Shown here one piece after another: positions 42,341 to 52,666 of a stretch of DNA of 64,000 nucleotides. The position numbers and the translations under genes are program-made. This DNA is from Vulcanimicrobiota bacterium (GTDB taxonomy: Bacteria; Vulcanimicrobiota; Xenobia; Xenobiales; JADMJV01): contig JBFWNU010000003.1 of assembly GCA_050250895.1 (NCBI GenBank), positions 288,001 through 352,000 on the forward strand, written 5' to 3'. The notes under the pieces were generated by a model that ran no database searches, was not told the origin of the DNA, and saw nothing but the letters and a program-made list of their open reading frames with translations. Within the stretch, counting starts at the first letter, position 1, and the number at the start of each line of letters is the position of its first letter.

Positions 42341-44193
42341 GGTCGACGCGGCACCGAGCGCGGCACCATCCCGCCAAGGTGCTTGAGCAAGTCGTCAGTC
42401 AACTTCAGATCGGGGTCGATGCGCACCGCTTTGCGAGCGGCCGCCCGGGCCTCGTCGTAGCGCTCGAGGCGAATGCAGACGCGGGCCAGTTTGAACAGGG
42501 TGCGAGGTTCGTTGGGAGCCGTGGTCAAGCTTTGCTTGAAGGCCAGGCGAGCTTTATCCCACTGTTTTTCGGCCTCGTAGAGGTCGCCTAGCCGAGCGGT
42601 GGCGATGGGATGAAAGGCAGCACTGCGGGCCACCGTTTCCAGCAACTCGATGGACCGGTCCACCTCGCCCCGGTGATAGGCCAATTCGGCCAGCAGCAGT
42701 TTGGGCTTGCAAGCTTTGGGAGAGACCTCGAGGGCGCGCAACAGGTCGGCCTCGAGCGACGAGTTACCGGGTCCGGTCAGCTCTTCGCCCTGGACGGCCA
42801 GGTATTTGTAGGCGGGAGTGGGAGGCTCGCCCCGCCAGAACACCAGGCAGGTATCATCGAGATAGACCAGATTCCATTCGGGCGACTCGCGCAAGAACTT
42901 GCCGAACTCCTCTTCACCACCCACCGGGTAGCGCATGAAGATGACCGAAACCTTGTATTTCTCGATTAGCGCCTGCCGTTTGGGGGCCGAGTGGATGATG
43001 GAGTTGTGGTCGATGAGCAAGGAGTCGGGATAGAGGGTGGTCATGCCGTGCACGAATGGCGGCAGGTTGTTGAAGGCCATGATGCCGCCGTAAGCATAGG
43101 TGTTGAAGATGCGACCTTCGGTAGGATGAGCCTTGAGATAGGCAATGCCCCCGGTTGGCAAATGGCTGTAGTCGCCGATAGCCGGCCAGGTCCAGGCCAT
43201 GAAGGCGGCTGCTGCCAGCACCTGCAGAGTGCGTCGCTCGCGGCCCAGGTAGCCGGCCGCAAAGGCCACCAGGGGTGTTACCACCGGGGCCAGTTCGCCC
43301 AGGGCGCGGATGTAGCGAAAGGCCAGGGCCAGAAAGACCAGACTGATGACCAGATGGGCCAACTGAAATCGCCGCTGCCGCCAGGCGCGCCAGAAGGCCC
43401 ACAAGCCGATCAGGCAAAACCACCCCAAAGGCCCGGCCCACCAGTTGCCCTCGATCGGTCGCCACTCGACCACGATTTTCATGGGAATGGGCCGTTGCAT
43501 GTGCTCGACCACGAACACGAACACCTGGTAGCCTCCGGGCCGGCAAATGCTGCCGAGGGTGGCCCAGGCTAGAGCGGGCAAAGCTCTGACCCGAGTGTTG
43601 CGTCCGAAGACCCAGTAAAGGCCCAGCAGCATCAAGCCGCTGACCATGCCCTGGTGAAAGTTGCTCCAGATGGCAAAGAGCCAGAACATCAGGGCGGGGC
43701 GATTTGGGGCCCGTCCGGTCTCGATGCGCAAAAGATAGACCACCAGCAGAATCAGTCCGAGGTCGGTGAACAGCCCCGCTCGCAGCGAGAAGCGCGTGTG
43801 CATGACGGCCATCCCCAGCCAACTCCAGCCCACCGCCAGTCCCGGTGACAGCCCCACCATCCGACAGGTCGAGTAGACCAGCCAGGCTAGCCAGGTCAAC
43901 AGCAGGCCCTTGAGACAGCGCAGGCCCGGAACTCCGGCTGCTTGATGCACGCCATAGGCGAGCACCGACATGCCCCACTCGGGATTGATGTCATATTGAG
44001 CCGAGAAGGTATCGGCCGTGGACAGGAAGGTGGTGTAGTGAGGGATGGTCTGGGTGGTGACGATCTCGCGACCCATGCGCAGATAGAACCAGAGATCAAA
44101 GGAGGCCAGTGGAGCCGAGGTCCAGCGAAACACGCCCAGCACGAAAGCCACGACCAGGAGCTTCTCCCATGTGCGACTCGGCTGGCGGAACAT
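42337..44193 (-). CDS. Multi-TM GT-C-like membrane protein with C-terminal TPRs
   Basis: DLWFYLRMGREI, WSNFHQG, EWRP, RIFNTYAYGG; TPR tail. Confidence 0.75.
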   Translation of the reverse strand: MFRQPSRTWEKLLVVAFVLGVFRWTSAPLASFDLWFYLRMGREIVTTQTIPHYTTFLSTADTFSAQYDINPEWGMSVLAYGVHQAAGVPGLRCLKGLLLTWLAWLVYSTCRMVGLSPGLAVGWSWLGMAVMHTRFSLRAGLFTDLGLILLVVYLLRIETGRAPNRPALMFWLFAIWSNFHQGMVSGLMLLGLYWVFGRNTRVRALPALAWATLGSICRPGGYQVFVFVVEHMQRPIPMKIVVEWRPIEGNWWAGPLGWFCLIGLWAFWRAWRQRRFQLAHLVISLVFLALAFRYIRALGELAPVVTPLVAFAAGYLGRERRTLQVLAAAAFMAWTWPAIGDYSHLPTGGIAYLKAHPTEGRIFNTYAYGGIMAFNNLPPFVHGMTTLYPDSLLIDHNSIIHSAPKRQALIEKYKVSVIFMRYPVGGEEEFGKFLRESPEWNLVYLDDTCLVFWRGEPPTPAYKYLAVQGEELTGPGNSSLEADLLRALEVSPKACKPKLLLAELAYHRGEVDRSIELLETVARSAAFHPIATARLGDLYEAEKQWDKARLAFKQSLTTAPNEPRTLFKLARVCIRLERYDEARAAARKAVRIDPDLKLTDDLLKHLGGMVPRSVPRRP

Positions 44194-44283
44194 CGCTCGG
44201 ACTTCGACCGGACGCGAGCATCCCCTTGCAAATCGAAAGCCTTTCCAGGAATCGCCATCGGGCCTTCGAAGGGCGTGGAGATT

Positions 44284-45333
44284 ATGGTTTTTTGGTTATC
44301 GAAGACACTGCAGAAGTTCCGACGCTCGAAGAAAGTGAGTTCGCTGGCCGTGCTGCTCACCCTACTGTTCGGACTGGTCGGAAACTCGCTGACGTTCTAC
44401 TTCTTCGAGAAGTCCCTACAGCCCGAGTTATCCTGGGCAGATGCCTTCTGGTATAGCATCATTTCCGTGACCACCATCGGCTACGGGGATTTTAGCGCCT
44501 CGACTCTGGGAGCGAGAGTGGGCACGCTCGTCTTCATCATCCTCATCGGTCTTTCGGCCTTTAGCGCCTTTCTCGGCTTGCTGGTCGAGGGCATGATGCA
44601 GATCAACTATAAGGAGTTACACGGTTTGGCTAAGATTCTCAGCGAAGAGCATATTCTCATCATCAACTTTCCCGACAGCGGACGGGTCGAGCAGATCATT
44701 CACGAATTGCGCAATGACCCCGATTACCAAGAGCGTGATGTGGTGGTGGTGAGCGACCGAATCGAGACCCTACCGTTCGAGCTGCCCGACGTCTTTTTCG
44801 TGAAAGGCTCACCTCTTCAGATCGAGACTCTGGAGCGGGCCGGCATCAAGCGGGCCCGCATGGCCATCGTGCTTTCCGACGCGCGCGACCCGTCCAGCGA
44901 TGGCCTGGTGGCGGCCATCATCAGCCTGATCGAGCATCTCCATCCTGGGGTCAAGACGGTGGCGGAGTGCCTCGATGACCGGCACGCGGTTCTCTTTCGC
45001 TCCACCCGGTGCGACTCGATCGTGTTCTCGCGCCAGGTGGTCAACAACCTGATCGTGCAAGAGACGCAAGACGAGGGGATCGCCTCGCTGGTCGCCTTTC
45101 TGACTCAGAACACGGGGTCGGCGACGCTCTACTCGTGCCGGGTCGAGGAGGCCAAAGACGAGCCGTACAGCGAAGTGGCCAAGCGTCTGATCGATCGCAA
45201 AGCCAATCTGCTGGCTGTGCGTCGTGAAGACAGTTATCATCTGCAGCTCGACGGCTTGCGTCCCCAAAAGGGCGACCTGGTGGTCTATATCGACGAGGAG
45301 CGCCGCCCCTGGAAGGCTCTGGCTCGGGCCTGA
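44284..45333 (+). CDS. Potassium channel (2TM pore plus RCK/TrkA-N)
   Basis: TTIGYGD selectivity filter; RCK domain. Confidence 0.93.
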   Translation: MVFWLSKTLQKFRRSKKVSSLAVLLTLLFGLVGNSLTFYFFEKSLQPELSWADAFWYSIISVTTIGYGDFSASTLGARVGTLVFIILIGLSAFSAFLGLLVEGMMQINYKELHGLAKILSEEHILIINFPDSGRVEQIIHELRNDPDYQERDVVVVSDRIETLPFELPDVFFVKGSPLQIETLERAGIKRARMAIVLSDARDPSSDGLVAAIISLIEHLHPGVKTVAECLDDRHAVLFRSTRCDSIVFSRQVVNNLIVQETQDEGIASLVAFLTQNTGSATLYSCRVEEAKDEPYSEVAKRLIDRKANLLAVRREDSYHLQLDGLRPQKGDLVVYIDEERRPWKALARA

Positions 45334-45336
45334 CCG

Positions 45337-45828
45337 CTAGGCGGGCATGGCGTCGGCCACGCTTCGCAAGAAAGCATCGCGATACGGATCGCCCTCGAAC
45401 GCCTCGGGTAAGCTCTGGGACACCCTCGGCCCTTCGCCCGAGCGGAAGCTTCGGATCATGGCGAACTCGCCAGGGTCAAGCCACATCCCATGCCCGTGAG
45501 GACAGGCGTCGATCCAGATGCCGGATTCGCAGGCGAACTGATAGTTGTCCATGGCCGCCTCGCAACAGGCGCACTGGCGGGGGCTGGTCGACGGGTTGAG
45601 GGTTTGCGGACCGGGTGGACGCGTCTCGAGCATTGGGGCTACCTGCTCGTCGGCCTGGGCCAGCAGCTTGCCGAAGTAGAGTTCGGGGATCCAGAAGCCC
45701 TGACAGGCCTGGCACTGAAACACCGCCCCTAACGACTGAAGTGGCTGATGGCAGGCCGGGCAGCCCCGCGGGTTCTGCCAGGTGGCGCGCTTGGGTTTGC
45801 CCCCGAAGAGCTTGCTGAAGAAACCCAT
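45337..45828 (-). CDS. Double zf-TFIIB-type zinc-ribbon protein
   Basis: CPAC..CQACQGFW and CACC..IDACPHGHGMWLDPGE. Confidence 0.8.
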   Translation of the reverse strand: MGFFSKLFGGKPKRATWQNPRGCPACHQPLQSLGAVFQCQACQGFWIPELYFGKLLAQADEQVAPMLETRPPGPQTLNPSTSPRQCACCEAAMDNYQFACESGIWIDACPHGHGMWLDPGEFAMIRSFRSGEGPRVSQSLPEAFEGDPYRDAFLRSVADAMPA

Positions 45829-46097
45829 CAGGCTCCGAACCTCTTGAGCGAGCGCGCTTTAGCCTTGGCTGCCTCCACGGCTCGATCGCGGCTGGGAGCT
45901 TTGGTCTCAAGCCGCCCCAACAACTTTTGTGTCACCATCGTGATCTCGTCGACGGCCTTTTCAAAGGCTTGCTCGTTGGCGCTGGAAGGGTGGGTGAACC
46001 CGCTCACCTTGCGCACGAACTGAAGGGCTGCGGCCCGGATCTCGGCCTCGGTGGCCGGCGGCTCGAAATTGAATAATGGCTTGATATTGCGGCACAT
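45828..46097 (-). CDS. DUF2277-family protein
   Basis: MCRNIKPLFNFEPPAT..EIRAAALQFVRKVSG. Confidence 0.9.
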   Translation of the reverse strand: MCRNIKPLFNFEPPATEAEIRAAALQFVRKVSGFTHPSSANEQAFEKAVDEITMVTQKLLGRLETKAPSRDRAVEAAKAKARSLKRFGA

Positions 46098-46282
46098 GAT
46101 GTTTTGCTTCGGCGCTCTCCGAAAGGGGCCTTTTTGTTAACAGTTTATGACGTGATGATTGGAGAAACCCTTTCACAAAAGGCTTCTGTCTGGATCTACT
46201 AGGACATCTGTACCGCTACGGGATGACCCCTGGTAGAAACCTCCCCTTCAAACACGACGTTTTTTGCGGCATACTGGCCAGG

Positions 46283-46546
46283 ATGCTAAGCACATTCTTC
46301 AACCGGGTGACCGCCGACCCCGCGCCCAAGGACCCTCTGGCTCACTGGACCACCACGCTCTTTGCGCCCAACAGCACCGCCGCCCAGCTGATCGAGGCGG
46401 CCCGCCATCTGGCCTGCGTCAGCCGCCCTGTCGATCTGCGTTCGCACGTTGACTGGCTACGCCACCTGCACTCCGAGGGCAAACTCGACCTGCCCTCGCT
46501 GCGTGCCATCGAAGCTCACCTGCGCTGCGTTCGCAAACCCGTCTAG
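46283..46546 (+). CDS. Small hypothetical protein
   Basis: Typical codon usage; CATACT 7 nt before ATG. Confidence 0.5.
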   Translation: MLSTFFNRVTADPAPKDPLAHWTTTLFAPNSTAAQLIEAARHLACVSRPVDLRSHVDWLRHLHSEGKLDLPSLRAIEAHLRCVRKPV

Positions 46547-46559
46547 CCTCGCGCCGCTA

Positions 46560-47790
46560 GCGCGCCGGGCCGGTCCGGCCCCGCCCCGGCCATTCGGCAG
46601 CACACCCTGCCGAATCAGGCGTACCACGCTGCCGAATCAGACGAGCCTCACTTCCGCACGGAAGTCCCTGCCAGGGCCCCCCGCTGCCCGCGACCCGCCA
46701 CCCTCGGCCCGCCGCGACCAGCCGGCCGGGCCGGCCATTCGGCAGCACACACTGCCGAATTCAGCGTACCACGCTGCCGAATCTGGCCAGCCCCACTTCC
46801 ACGTGGAAGTCCCGCCCGGGCCGGTCAACGCCGCGACGACGCCGACCAGGGCCGCGACCGGCCGCCGCCCGCGCCCTGCGCGACAAGCCAGCCCTGGCCC
46901 GGCCGTTCGGCAGCACACCCTGCCGAATTCGGCGTACCACGCTGCCGAATCTGGCCAGCCCACTTCCACGTGGAAGTCACCGACCGCGCCGCCGCCGCCG
47001 GCCGGGCCACCCTCGCGACGGCCCGCCGCGCCCGCCGCGACCAGCCGGCCGAGCCGACCGAGCCCAGCCATTCGGCAGCACACACTGCCGAATTCGGCGT
47101 CCCACGCTGCCGAATCTGGCCAGCCCCACTTCCACGTGGAAGTCACCAACCGCGCCGCCGCCGCCGGCCGGGCCACCCTCGCGACGGCCCGCCGCGCCCG
47201 CCGCGACCAGCCGGCCGGGCCGGCCATTCGGCAGCACACCCTGCCGAATTCGGCGTACCACGCTGCCGAATCTGGCCAGCCCCACTTCCACGTGGAAGTC
47301 ACCGACCGCGCCGCCCCGCCGCCGGCCGGGCCACCCTCGCGACGACCCGCCGCGACCAGCCGGCCGGCCCGGCCATTCGACAGCACCCACTGCCGAGTCC
47401 GGCGTGCCATCCCCACTTCCACGTGGAAGTGCTGGTCCGGCCCCATTCGCGACCCGCCGCCCACGACAGGCACCTGGCTCCGCCCCGAGCCCAGCCCCAC
47501 TTCCGTCCGGAAGTCGTGGCCCGGGCCACCTTCGCGACCGCCATCCTTGCCCCACGTTAAGCCGCCCGGCCCGCTACAAGCTACGGCCACCCGCGACCAG
47601 CCACCCGCCGCCAACGACAGGCAACCTGGCCCATTCGCGCGGAAGTCCTGGCCCCGGGCCGCCCAAACCTACCCTGCGACCCGCCGCCCACGCCGCCGGA
47701 AGTCCGGCACGCGCCACTTCCGCACGGAAGTCCCACCAGGCCGGGCGCAGCCCGCGACAAGCAACCCGGTCAAGGCCCGCGGCTAGCCAA
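46560..47790. repeat. REP/BIME-like array of palindromic units
   Basis: ACTTCCACGTGGAAGT at 46795, 46962, 47128, 47284, 47415 with variants at 46650, 47499, 47716; TTCGGCAG-CACACC-CTGCCGAA hairpins in about six units. Confidence 0.9.
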
Positions 47791-47846
47791 CCCCCAGCCG
47801 GCAAGCCCGAAGGGCCGTGCCGGGCAGGTCGCGAACGTCTGGCCGC

Positions 47847-48152
47847 ATGAAGAAAGTTCTGATTCTTTGTCTATTATTGCTGGCCCCCGTCTTTGCCGAC
47901 GAGGTCTTCGTGGGTAAGTTCGTCGAGATTCAGGTCGGCGACTATGCTCACCTGAACGTGCTCGACGGCAAGGGCGAAGAGCGCTCGTTCTGGGTCTCGG
48001 GCGACTCGAGTTTCGAGCCTTTTCTCGAGCAACCCGAGAAGTATCGGGGCAAGAAGGTCAAGGTGCACTGGCATAAGGTCAAGCGTAACATCCCCGAGGC
48101 CGGCGGCGAGATGGAGATCGAAGAGGCCACCTCGATCGAGCTGGCTAAATGA
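47847..48152 (+). CDS. Small exported OB-fold-like protein
   Basis: Signal peptide; 4-nt overlap with the aminopeptidase. Confidence 0.65.
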   Translation: MKKVLILCLLLLAPVFADEVFVGKFVEIQVGDYAHLNVLDGKGEERSFWVSGDSSFEPFLEQPEKYRGKKVKVHWHKVKRNIPEAGGEMEIEEATSIELAK

Positions 48153-49381
48153 GCAAGGAGCGATTCGTCGAGTTGCTCGTCAAGCAGGGCGCCAACGTCC
48201 AGCCCGACCAGCAGGTGCTGATTCTGGCCGAGCCGAGCTGTGTCGACCTGGTCGAAATAGCGGCCGAGTTCTGCTACGAGCGGGGTGCCCGCTATGTCGA
48301 CTATGACGTGGCCGTGCCCTCGGTGGCCCGCGCCCATGTGCTCAAGGCCTCGCCCGACCGGGTCAACTTCGTGCCCACCTATCAGACCGTGCGCATGGAC
48401 CAGCTGGTCGACTCGCGCGGGGCGCTCATCGCCCTGCGCAGTCAGGACGAGCCCGATTTGTATGAAGACTTCGACGAGGCCCAGCAGAAGAAGCTCAACG
48501 GCATGCTGGTGGCCCGCCGCGACGCCGTGCGCAGGTATCGCGACGAAGGCGTGCTCAAGCGGCAGGTCGGCTGGTGTCTGGCCGGTCCGCCGAGTCCCAA
48601 GTGGGCGGCCAAGATCTATCCCGAGCTGACTCCCGAGCAGGCCGTCGAAGCGCTCTGGCAAGAGATCTTCAAGATGACCTTCGCCCACGAGTCAGACTGC
48701 CTGGCTCGCTGGTCGGCTCACCTGGATTTGCTGGCCGAACGCACCGAGAAACTCAACCGGATGCGCGTGCGCCAGTTGCGCTTTGTGAGCGAGAAGAACG
48801 ATACTGACCTGACCGTGGCCCTGTCGGCCGAGGCCAATTGGGTGAGCGGACGCAAGCAGACCGCCCACGGCATCGACGTGTGCTTGAACATCCCCACCTT
48901 CGAGGTGTTCACCACGCCCGACTGGCGGGGTACTCAGGGCCGGGTCTCGACCACCCGGCCGGTGATGATCAACGGCACCCTGGTGGAGGGGCTCAAGATG
49001 GTCTTCAAGGATGGCGAGATCGTCGAGACCAGCGCCACCAAGAACGGATCAGCCTACGAGGCTCTCATCAACACACCCGGCGACCCCACCGCCCGGCGCC
49101 TGGGCGAGGTGGCCCTGGTGGGGGTCGACTCGCCGATTTTCCAGAGCGGGCGAGTCTTCCAACACACTCTCTACGACGAGAATGCGGCCTGCCACATCGC
49201 CACCGGAATGGCCTATACCGTGGGCATTCGCGAGGGCGACAAGCTCGACCCCGAGCGCCTCGATGAGCTGGGCTTCAATCGCCAGGCCAAGACCCATCAA
49301 GACGTGATGATCTCCGACGAGTCGACCACCGTGCTGGCCGACGGCAAAGAGATCCTGGTGGACGGCTCCTGGGTCATCTGA
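48149..49381 (+). CDS. Aminopeptidase, M29 (AmpS/AmpT) family
   Basis: GANVQPDQ, NIPTFEVFTTP, GEVALV, LYDENAACHIA, HQD. Confidence 0.92.
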   Translation: MSKERFVELLVKQGANVQPDQQVLILAEPSCVDLVEIAAEFCYERGARYVDYDVAVPSVARAHVLKASPDRVNFVPTYQTVRMDQLVDSRGALIALRSQDEPDLYEDFDEAQQKKLNGMLVARRDAVRRYRDEGVLKRQVGWCLAGPPSPKWAAKIYPELTPEQAVEALWQEIFKMTFAHESDCLARWSAHLDLLAERTEKLNRMRVRQLRFVSEKNDTDLTVALSAEANWVSGRKQTAHGIDVCLNIPTFEVFTTPDWRGTQGRVSTTRPVMINGTLVEGLKMVFKDGEIVETSATKNGSAYEALINTPGDPTARRLGEVALVGVDSPIFQSGRVFQHTLYDENAACHIATGMAYTVGIREGDKLDPERLDELGFNRQAKTHQDVMISDESTTVLADGKEILVDGSWVI

Positions 49382-50754
49382 TGCTCGACCCCGGCCGGTT
49401 TCTGGGCGGCCAGCCGCTGGCGCGAGAGCTGTACGAGCGAGTGGCCGGGCTGCCGCTGGTGTGCCCCCATGGTCACGTCGACCCGGCCCTCTTGGCCGAC
49501 CCGGAGAAGCGCTTTGAAGACCCGGTCGAGCTATTCCTCTGGCCCGACCACTACCTGGTGCGCATGCTCTATTCGCAGGGCGTCGGGCTCGACCGGCTGG
49601 GCCTCGGAGCCGAGGTCGATCGGCGCCAGGTGTGGCGGCTGTTTGCCGAGCATTACTATCTGTTCGCGGGCACTCCCACCGGCATCTGGCTTGACCATGT
49701 TCTGCACGAGCTGTTCGGGCTCGAGCAGCGGCCTGGCGCCGAGAATGCCGACCGGGTCTATGACCAGATTCAAGAGCGCCTGGCCGGCGACTTTCGGCCG
49801 CGAGAGCTGTACCAGCGCTTCGGTATTGAAGTGCTGTGCACCACCGACGCGGCTACCGACAGCCTCGAACATCACCAGCGAATGCGGGATGAGGGGTGGG
49901 GCCGAGTGTTACCCACCTTTCGGCCGGACCGTTTGCTCAATCCGCTCACCCCCGGATGGGCCGACGAAGTCGAAGCCCTGGCGCGCTTGACCGGCCAACC
50001 GTGTCAGGAGCTGGCCGGTTTCGTCGAGGCTTTGAGCCGGCGCCGGCGCTATTTTCAGAGCCTGGGAGCGGTGGCCAGCGACCACGGCACCACGGTTCGG
50101 CTCCTGGCCCCGGCGGTGGACGCCATCGAGCTGTTCGGGCGGGCCCTGGAGGGCCGGCTTGAGCCTGACCAGGCCGAGCGCTTCGAGGGCCATATGCTGT
50201 GCGAGATGGCCCGTCTGTCGCTGGAGGACGGGCTGGTGATGCAGCTGCATCCGGGCTCTTATCGCAACCACAATGATTGGCTGTTCGAGCGCTATGGGCC
50301 CGACCGGGGCGCCGACATTCCGCTGGCCTGGGAGTTTACCCGGGGGTTGCAGCCGCTTCTGTCGCTCTATGGCAACGAGCCCGGCTTGCGACTGGTCGTG
50401 TTCACTCTCGATGAGTCGACCTATAGTCGCGAACTGGCTCCCCTGGCCGGGCACTATCCGGCCCTGCTGCTGGGGCCGCCCTGGTGGTTCCACGACAGCC
50501 CGCGGGGGATGGCTCGCTACTTCGACCGGGTGATGGAGACGGCCGGGCTCTACAATACGGCCGGCTTCAATGATGATACCCGGGCCTTTCTGTCGATCCC
50601 GGCTCGCCACGACCTGTGGCGGCGATGTTCGTGCCGCTGGCTGGCGGGGTTGGTGCAAGAGGGAGCGGTGGGGCGCGAGCAGGCCGAGGAGATGGCCGAA
50701 GCGATGGCGGTGGGGCTGGCTCGCCGGGCCTACCGATTGGAGTCGCCATGCTAG
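49381..50754 (+). CDS. uxaC: Glucuronate isomerase
   Basis: PHGHVDP, PDHY..RM, CTTD, PTFRPD, MQLHPG, WWFHDS, DDTRAFLSIPARHD. Confidence 0.93.
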   Translation: MLDPGRFLGGQPLARELYERVAGLPLVCPHGHVDPALLADPEKRFEDPVELFLWPDHYLVRMLYSQGVGLDRLGLGAEVDRRQVWRLFAEHYYLFAGTPTGIWLDHVLHELFGLEQRPGAENADRVYDQIQERLAGDFRPRELYQRFGIEVLCTTDAATDSLEHHQRMRDEGWGRVLPTFRPDRLLNPLTPGWADEVEALARLTGQPCQELAGFVEALSRRRRYFQSLGAVASDHGTTVRLLAPAVDAIELFGRALEGRLEPDQAERFEGHMLCEMARLSLEDGLVMQLHPGSYRNHNDWLFERYGPDRGADIPLAWEFTRGLQPLLSLYGNEPGLRLVVFTLDESTYSRELAPLAGHYPALLLGPPWWFHDSPRGMARYFDRVMETAGLYNTAGFNDDTRAFLSIPARHDLWRRCSCRWLAGLVQEGAVGREQAEEMAEAMAVGLARRAYRLESPC

Positions 50755-51485
50755 AGGGCAAGAAGGCGCTGGTGACCGGCGGGAGCGGGGTGCTGGGCAG
50801 CGTGATGGCCCGGGGGTTGGCCACGGCCGGGGCCGAGGTGACCGTGCTCAGCCGGCGGCCGGTCGAGGGGCAGTGGCGCAGCCTGGTGGGCGATGTGACC
50901 GACCGCGATAGCCTGGTCAGAGCCCGCGACGAGATCGCGCAGGTCGACATTCTGGTCAACGCCGCCGGGGGCAATCAACCGGGGGCCACCATCGGTCCGG
51001 GTCAGGATTTGTCGGACCTCGAGCCTGAGGCCCTCGACCAGGTGATCAAGCTCAACCTGCAGGGCACGATTTTGAGCTGCCAGGTGTTTCTCGAGGCGAT
51101 GAGCGAGGGGTGCATCGTCAATATCTCGTCGATGGCGGCCGACCGTCCGCTCAGCCGGGTGGTGGGTTATAGCGCGGCCAAGGCGGGGGTCGAGAACTTC
51201 ACCCGCTGGCTGGCCGCCGACCTGGCTCGGCGGGGGCGACCGATTCGGGTCAACGCGCTCTCGCCGGGGTTTTTCCTGGCCGACCAGAATCGAGCTTTGC
51301 TGGTCCAGGCCGATGGCAGCCCGACGGCCCGGGGCCAGAGCGTCATCGAGCAGACTCCTATGGGGCGCTTCGGCCAGCCCGAAGAGCTGGTGGCTCCGCT
51401 GCTCTTTCTGGTCAGCCCGGGAGCCAGCTTCGTGACTGGAGCCATCCTACCCGTAGACGGAGGGTTCTCGGCTTTTTGCCTGTGA
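50748..51485 (+). CDS. SDR-family D-mannonate (fructuronate) oxidoreductase
   Basis: TGGSGVLG, NAAGGN, YSAAK, PGFFL..QNRALL; follows uxaC. Confidence 0.85.
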   Translation: MLEGKKALVTGGSGVLGSVMARGLATAGAEVTVLSRRPVEGQWRSLVGDVTDRDSLVRARDEIAQVDILVNAAGGNQPGATIGPGQDLSDLEPEALDQVIKLNLQGTILSCQVFLEAMSEGCIVNISSMAADRPLSRVVGYSAAKAGVENFTRWLAADLARRGRPIRVNALSPGFFLADQNRALLVQADGSPTARGQSVIEQTPMGRFGQPEELVAPLLFLVSPGASFVTGAILPVDGGFSAFCL

Positions 51486-52666
51486 TGAGCGAGCAAGAGG
51501 TGGCTGTCCGACTCGACGGCTTTGCCTTTGCCGGCAAACGCCTGCTGGTGGTCATTCCCGACGGCACCCGCACGGCCCCCATGCAGATGCTCTATCGCCA
51601 GCTGTGCCGGCGCCTCTTGCCGGGGTGTGAGCAGCTGGATTTTCTCATTGCCCTGGGCACACACCCACTGATGAGCGAGGCCGAAATCGACCGATTGGTG
51701 GGCCCCCGCCAGCCGGGCACGCGGGTGCTCAACCATCGCTGGGACCTACCCGACACCTTTGTCGAGGTGGGCAAGATCAGTCAGGAAGAGACCTGGGAGC
51801 TATCGGAGGGGCGACTGCGCCTGGAGGTTCCGATTCGGGTAAATCGCCTGTTGCTCGAATACGACCGGGTGCTCTTGTTGGGGCCGGTCTTTCCTCACGA
51901 GGTAGCCGGCTTCTCGGGGGGCAGCAAGTATATCTTTCCTGGCGTGGGTGGGGGAGAGGTCATTCATTTCACCCACTGGCTGGGAGCGCTGGTCACCAGC
52001 TTTGCCACCATCGGGGTCGAGGATACGGCCGTGCGCCGCACCATCGAGCTGGCGGCCGAGCGGGTGCCGTGCGAGCGCACGGCCATCTGCCTGGTCACCA
52101 GCTCCCAAGGGCTGCACGGGATGTTTATCGGCCCGCCTCGAGAGGCGTGGCGTCAGGCGGCTGCTCTATCAGCCCAGGTGCATGTGCGCTATCACGACCA
52201 GCCCTACCAACGGGTCTTGAGCCTGGTGCCCGAGCGCTATCAAGACCTGTGGACCGGGGCCAAGGGCATGTATAAGGTCGAGCCGGTGGTGGCCGAGGGG
52301 GGAGAAGTGGTCCTCCACGCCCCCCACATCACCGAGGTGTCCTACACTCACGGGCATTTGTTGGATCAAATCGGCTATCACGTGCGCGATTACTTTACCA
52401 AGCAGTGGGAGCGCTTTCGTGAGTTTCCCTGGGGGGTGCTGGCCCACTCCACCCATCTGCGCGGTTGCGGCACTTTTGAGGACGGAGTGGAAAAGCCGCG
52501 GGTCGAGTTGGTGCTGGCCACGGGCATCGAGCCCGAGCGATGCCGGCGGTTGGGGCTGGGCTATCGCGACCCGGCCACCATCGACCCCGCCGACTGGGAG
52601 CGGCCCGGCTCTTTGCTGGTGCCCAACGCCGGCGAGATTTTGCATCGGTTGAAGAGCTATGCTTGA
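51485..52666 (+). CDS. LarA-family nickel-pincer racemase/epimerase
   Basis: IPDGTR, IALGTH, PHEVAGFSGGSKYIFPG, DLWTGAKG. Confidence 0.85.
   Translation: MSEQEVAVRLDGFAFAGKRLLVVIPDGTRTAPMQMLYRQLCRRLLPGCEQLDFLIALGTHPLMSEAEIDRLVGPRQPGTRVLNHRWDLPDTFVEVGKISQEETWELSEGRLRLEVPIRVNRLLLEYDRVLLLGPVFPHEVAGFSGGSKYIFPGVGGGEVIHFTHWLGALVTSFATIGVEDTAVRRTIELAAERVPCERTAICLVTSSQGLHGMFIGPPREAWRQAAALSAQVHVRYHDQPYQRVLSLVPERYQDLWTGAKGMYKVEPVVAEGGEVVLHAPHITEVSYTHGHLLDQIGYHVRDYFTKQWERFREFPWGVLAHSTHLRGCGTFEDGVEKPRVELVLATGIEPERCRRLGLGYRDPATIDPADWERPGSLLVPNAGEILHRLKSYA

Noticed and set aside
46560-47790. CRISPR array interpretation of the repeat region
   Set aside because: Conserved cores are ~75 bp, linkers are mutually homologous and variable in length, and no cas genes are present
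46449-47850. Long ORFs (445, 325, 196 aa and others) across the repeat array
   Set aside because: Open frames arise from extreme GC repeats; the same DNA unit is read in shifting frames
51485-52666. Functional link between the LarA cofactor (NaAD-derived) and the NAD operon
   Set aside because: The loci are 20 kb apart with no shared regulatory motif seen and no larBCE in the window
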